Source of the DNA: a virus
Taxonomy: Duplodnaviria > Heunggongvirae > Uroviricota > Caudoviricetes
Length of the DNA stretch: 11,373 nucleotides
Strand: one strand, 5' to 3'
Virus record (IMG/VR): IMGVR_UViG_2654587772_000004
Coordinates: 1-11,373 of that record
The notes under the pieces were generated by a model. It saw nothing but the letters and a program-made list of their open reading frames with translations, did no database searches and was not told where the DNA came from. A program made the position numbers and the translations under genes. Positions 7,682 through 11,373 of this stretch are shown here, piece by piece. Positions within the stretch are counted from its first letter, which is position 1. Each line of letters opens with the position of its first letter.

Positions 7682-8881
7682 TTACTCACCAACAGCCCAC
7701 CAACTGTAATTCATCGATACCGTGTCGCTGGTTGATGACGTTCTGTAAGCAGAATTAAAGCCGGTTAACGTTGGGCCTTCTGCAGTCATCACGAACCCTC
7801 GCCCAGCGCCTAAAGGCGCACCGCCATCACCAGAATGAGTAAGCATGGCGCAGTCCGCTTTTTTGGGGAAAGGGATGCTGAATGTAATTCTCATTGTTTG
7901 CGTCGATAATGTCGGCGTAACCGCACCACGACCATATTGCAGGATTTTCCCGTTGGGTAATTTCATCCATCCATCACCACTGGCAAAAGAGGCCATGTCC
8001 GGTATCTGATTTTCCCCTGTCCCCACATCCCGTTTTGCCGCTTCTCTCAAACCAAGGTATGCGAGAAGACCAGCTACATCCTTTCCACTCAAATGAGTCA
8101 GCGTCTCATCCAGTGGCTGCTTACCTGACAGCGCATTGTTAATGGTGGTGCTGAATTTCGGGTCATTGTTAATGGCCGCGGCAATTTCTTTCAGTGTGTC
8201 CAGTGTGGCTGGCGCACCGTTAATCAGAGCGGTAATAGCGGCCTGAACAAACTCAGTGGTCGCAATCCGCGTGGTGTTATTTCCTGCGGCAGGCGTCGGC
8301 GCTTTTGGTTCTCCGGTAAATGTCGGATTATGTTTCTGCGCATACTGGGTATGAGGATCCTGTGCGGCAATGTGGTTTCTCATCTGGTCATCCACATACA
8401 GCTTTAATTCCAGGACTTCATCATCCACGTATTTACGGGTCGCCAGTACCACCGACGGGTCGATTTTCAGCGTGATAGCTTCGGTATTCGTGACAACCAG
8501 AATCATGCGGATAGTCTGGGTACGACCACTGCCTTCCTGCAACTGCGGTTTGTACGTTTCCGGGCAGTTCGCCACCGCAATGAGTACGCCTTCATCATCA
8601 TAAAGCCCAATCTCACGGATCCAGAATCCGCCCTCGTTCTCAGGGATGATTTGCTCCGCAATAATCTGGCTCTGGTTGTTCGGGTCAACACTCAGAAGAT
8701 TCAGCGGCGCGATGCGTTTCTGGTTAATCAGTTTTGTCTGTGCCGGGTCTGGTGTCGGCAAGACACCATTCGCATCACCAACGGCCATTTGCGTCAGATT
8801 CAGCTTACTGCCGAGCATCGTCGCGTTAGCCAGCCGTGCTGCGCCCTGATTAGTCAGAATGGCGTAGTATTTCACTGTCAT
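7682..8881 (-). CDS. Phage tail fibre protein (P2 gpH-like), 399 aa; constant N-terminal part (~275 aa) plus the currently joined variable C-terminal part
   Basis: Lies between the baseplate gene and the Tfa gene in the canonical P2 order. Its ATG overlaps the upstream gene's stop (ATGA). Contains the right crossover site at codons ~272-280 (...AGLLAYLGLREAAKRD...). Confidence 0.85.
   Translation of the reverse strand: MTVKYYAILTNQGAARLANATMLGSKLNLTQMAVGDANGVLPTPDPAQTKLINQKRIAPLNLLSVDPNNQSQIIAEQIIPENEGGFWIREIGLYDDEGVLIAVANCPETYKPQLQEGSGRTQTIRMILVVTNTEAITLKIDPSVVLATRKYVDDEVLELKLYVDDQMRNHIAAQDPHTQYAQKHNPTFTGEPKAPTPAAGNNTTRIATTEFVQAAITALINGAPATLDTLKEIAAAINNDPKFSTTINNALSGKQPLDETLTHLSGKDVAGLLAYLGLREAAKRDVGTGENQIPDMASFASGDGWMKLPNGKILQYGRGAVTPTLSTQTMRITFSIPFPKKADCAMLTHSGDGGAPLGAGRGFVMTAEGPTLTGFNSAYRTSSTSDTVSMNYSWWAVGE
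8042..8067. promoter_or_regulatory. Right crossover site of the invertible segment, located inside the tail-fibre gene
   Basis: Top strand TTCTCTCAAACC-AA-GGTATGCGAGAA; bottom strand TTCTCGCATACC-TT-GGTTTGAGAGAA. Shares the core dinucleotide and the conserved inner half-site with the left site. Confidence 0.75.
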
Positions 8882-9489
8882 GCGTTTACTCTCAGGTTAT
8901 CAATTAAATGAATGGCCGAGGCCGGGAAATAATCCCCTCCGACAATAATGGCCTCCGGGGTGTAGGGATAAACCGTCAGGGCGTCGCCGTGATAGCATCC
9001 CGCACCGGCAAAAATGTTGCCGGTTGTACTTAAACTGATAGCCAGTCCCGTCAGATGGCGGCTCGCCGGTTTTGCATCAGCAACGAGGCGCTCCAGCTCC
9101 TGATACATTTCTTCGGTAATACCCTGCTCAAGCACGCCAACAACGATACGGAACGTCCCCGGCTCCTCGTTGAGCTGCCACCACTCCCTCACCTCAATCA
9201 GATAGCCGAGCGGCTCCACCACACGCCGGATTGCACCTATAGTGCCTTTATGACAGTGAATGAAATACGCATCGCGGATAACAGCGCGTTTTGTCGCTTC
9301 CGGCCACTTATCATCCCAGCGGTCAACCGAAAATGACCACGCCAGCCACGGCAGCAGATTTGCCTGGCAGGTATCCGGGTTCCACAGTTCACGAATACTG
9401 ACCGGCGTTTTTTCAATTTCCGCACAGGCTTTTGCGGCGGCGACTTCAAGCGGTGATGAGCCGGTCGGCAGCAGGCGCGAATCACTCAT
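8878..9489 (-). CDS. Phage baseplate protein, P2 gpI-like (203 aa)
   Basis: MSDSRLLPTGSSPLEVAAAKACAEIEKTPVSIRELWNPDTCQANLLPWLAWSFSVDRWDDKWPEATKRAVIRDAYFIHCHKGT... matches my recollection of P2 gpI; synteny J-I-H; translationally coupled to H. Confidence 0.85.
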   Translation of the reverse strand: MSDSRLLPTGSSPLEVAAAKACAEIEKTPVSIRELWNPDTCQANLLPWLAWSFSVDRWDDKWPEATKRAVIRDAYFIHCHKGTIGAIRRVVEPLGYLIEVREWWQLNEEPGTFRIVVGVLEQGITEEMYQELERLVADAKPASRHLTGLAISLSTTGNIFAGAGCYHGDALTVYPYTPEAIIVGGDYFPASAIHLIDNLRVNA

Positions 9490-10389
9490 CCGAGCCTCCG
9501 GTCACGACGCGGTATTCGGTGCAGAAAGACGCCTGCGTGCTGTTAAGCACGATATCGGCCAGCGGTGCAGCCAGTTCGACACGCTGCACGCCTTCCACAT
9601 GCAAAGCGGCATAAATGGCAGACAGACGGATGTCGCGCCCCAGCCGGTGCTGTGCCGTGACGTACGCTTCCAGTTTTTTCACGGCGGCGGCGCGGATGGG
9701 TTCGCTTTCGGGACCAGGGTAAAGGTAAAGCGTGGCGTTTATCTGGTATTCAACGATGGCGGCAGACTGCACGGTCACGCGGTCGGCCACCGGCCTGACG
9801 TCCTCGCCATTAAGGGCGTTACGCACCACCGCCAGCAGGTCTTCGGATGCGACACCGTTATTTTCACGTGACAGCACAGAGATGGTGACGCAGGCCGGAG
9901 AAGGACTGGTGACAGAGATATCCGCGACACGCCCGTCGGCACTTCGACCATGATACTGATAGGCCCCACCGACCCGGCGACGCTTAAACCTTCAAACGCC
10001 TGCTGAATACGCAGACGATAATCGGTGTCAGACTCCATCACTGCCGGTGTCGGCGGGATAGTCGAATCATCTGCCGGGGTGATAATCAGGCGCGTGGTGT
10101 TGTAATTGGCACCAATCACATCAAGGTCATTACCGGCGGCACAGGCCAGCATCACCGCCCGTGCGGCCTCATTCACACGCTGACGCCAGATAAGCTCACG
10201 ATAAGCATTTTCCTCCAGCAGTTTGACGAGAGGCTCGGATTCCAGCGTCAGGGTACGGGCGACCGCCTCCTGCTGGTCTTCCGGGTAAAGGGAAATCAGT
10301 GTCGCCTTGCGTTCGGCAAGAATGGTTTCAAAGTCCAGCTCCTCGACCACATCCGGTGCGGGTAGCTGGTTCAGGTCGATAATCGGCAT
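9482..10389 (-). pseudogene. Phage baseplate assembly protein J (P2 gpJ-like), split by a single-nucleotide frameshift in a G/C run at ~9964-9967
   Basis: N-terminal ORF 9775-10389 (MPIIDLNQLPAPDVVEELDFETILAERKATLISLYPEDQQ...SVAGSVG) and C-terminal ORF 9482-9877 (...SRENNGVASEDLLAVVRNALNGEDVRPV...YRVVTGGSDE) are both gpJ-like. In the +1 frame across the junction the sequence reads GAYQYHGRSADGRVADISV..., so adding one G to the GGGG run would restore a single ORF. Confidence 0.8.
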
Positions 10390-10393
10390 GGTT

Positions 10394-10741
10394 TCAACTC
10401 ACAGGGATGGTTAACGAAAGTGGCTGGCCGGTGTCGTTGTGCTGGCCGGTTAACGTGACCGTCATTCGCCCGTCAAAACTGCGCTCAGTGGTGACGGATG
10501 ACAGGGTGACGCGGGGTTCCCATTTCAGCACCGCCATGTAACAGGCGACCTTAATCTGCAACTCAAGCGCCGGGGTCTGCGGCTGGTCAATCATTGACTC
10601 CAGCAACGAGCCGTAATCACGACGCATCACCCGTGAGCCGACCGGTGTGCGCAGGATATCGCCGATACTCTGGCTGATATGCTCAAGGTCAGTGACAGTC
10701 AGGCCATCACTGCGATTCATTCCGAGATAACGCGCTGTCAT
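10394..10741 (-). CDS. Phage baseplate wedge protein, P2 gpW / T4 gp25-like (115 aa)
   Basis: Size, position between V and J, and sequence (MTARYLGMNRSDGLTVTDLEHISQSIGDILRTPVGSRVMRRDYGSLLESMIDQP...) typical of gpW. Start overlaps the stop of V (ATGA). Confidence 0.85.
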   Translation of the reverse strand: MTARYLGMNRSDGLTVTDLEHISQSIGDILRTPVGSRVMRRDYGSLLESMIDQPQTPALELQIKVACYMAVLKWEPRVTLSSVTTERSFDGRMTVTLTGQHNDTGQPLSLTIPVS

Positions 10742-11373
10742 AGAGGACTCCCGGTTGTGCCGCCGCTGTCGCCGGGGTGTTTATGGGTATGCAGTACCTT
10801 ACCGTTTGATGAGAGTTCACCGCCGGTGTGTTCAATGTTGCCGCGCATCGTCCCGCCCTTCTGCACTTCCAGCGTGCCGGTAATCAGCCTGTTGGTGCAG
10901 ACCACCTCCGGTGTGTCCAGGGTGACGCGGGTTGATGCTTTCACCGTGACCACCGGCACCGTGGCAGTAACAGAATCAGAAGCCGTCACGCTGGCCGTTT
11001 TAATTCCGCTTACCGTGAGTGCACTGGTTTCGGGTTCATACTCAATCACCGCCCCGTCAGGGAAACGGATATGCAGGGCATCCGCCGACGCAGACGGCGC
11101 GGGGTTATCGCCGGAATAAATCCCCGGCAGAACAAACGCCGTGTCAAGTTCACCGCCCACGGCCAGAATCAGCACCTGCTCCCCCACGGAAGGTGCCCAC
11201 CATGTGCGCGAACGCCCGGCACGACAGGTCAGCCACTGAAGCCAGTCGGTGCACATGCCGCCGGTCTGCACACGGCAGCGACCGGCGTTAAGGTCGGTTT
11301 CGATGATAATGCCGGTGCGAATCATGTTGCGCAGTGCGCGCGCGAGTTCCTGAATATTTGCGAGAGTGTTCAT
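10738..11373 (-). CDS. Phage baseplate assembly/spike protein, P2 gpV-like (211 aa)
   Basis: Full ORF whose ATG is the last three bases of the window (reverse strand). Sequence (MNTLANIQELARALRNMIRTGIIIETDLNAGRCRVQTGGMCTDWLQWL...) and position upstream of W fit gpV. Confidence 0.85.
   Translation of the reverse strand: MNTLANIQELARALRNMIRTGIIIETDLNAGRCRVQTGGMCTDWLQWLTCRAGRSRTWWAPSVGEQVLILAVGGELDTAFVLPGIYSGDNPAPSASADALHIRFPDGAVIEYEPETSALTVSGIKTASVTASDSVTATVPVVTVKASTRVTLDTPEVVCTNRLITGTLEVQKGGTMRGNIEHTGGELSSNGKVLHTHKHPGDSGGTTGSPL

Larger units (their letters stand above)
6133..8067. other. About 1.9 kb Pin-dependent invertible DNA segment (tail-fibre host-range switch; analogous to Mu G, P1 C and e14 P segments)
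   Basis: Bounded by inverted 26-bp crossover sites at 6133-6158 and 8042-8067. Contains two alternative fibre C-terminal coding segments and two convergent tail-fibre assembly genes. The invertase gene pin lies nearby. Confidence 0.8.

Noticed and set aside
8370-9871. Multiple 60-200-aa ORFs overlapping tail fibre and baseplate genes on the opposite strand or in other frames (8370-8603, 8503-8691, 8646-8849, 8651-8911, 9055-9336, 9237-9485, 9260-9871, 9432-9614)
   Set aside because: Embedded in strongly supported, syntenic P2-like structural genes; no independent support.
1-11373. Bacterial attachment site or tRNA integration target at the prophage boundary
   Set aside because: No tRNA-like sequence or obvious att direct repeat is visible; the prophage right end appears to be a deletion scar rather than an att site, and the left neighbourhood is outside the window.

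Overview
This window is the tail end of a decaying P2-like (contractile-tail) prophage, flanked on the left by a tyrosine recombinase gene and about 2.7 kb of degraded non-phage cargo. All calls come from reading the six-frame track and sequence by eye and from remembered protein families; no search was run. On the minus strand, right to left, lie baseplate genes V, W, J (frameshifted), I, the tail-fibre gene H and a tail-fibre assembly gene. A ~1.9 kb Pin-type invertible host-range segment (crossover sites at 6133-6158 and 8042-8067) carries an alternative fibre C-terminus and a second assembly chaperone, with the serine invertase pin at 4897-5490. The tail sheath gene (3910-4837) is frameshifted and 3'-truncated. 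The best candidate for undescribed cargo is an AT-rich ~640 bp insertion between pin and the left crossover site, holding one intact 105-aa ORF (5689-6006) with its own ribosome-binding site and a downstream hairpin. The left part holds a 385-aa tyrosine recombinase with a long C-terminal extension, a hypothetical ORF, a multiply frameshifted outer-membrane beta-barrel pseudogene and an ais/pmrG-like phosphatase pseudogene. No rRNA, tRNA or CRISPR array was seen. Both window edges coincide with start codons, so neighbouring context is not visible.
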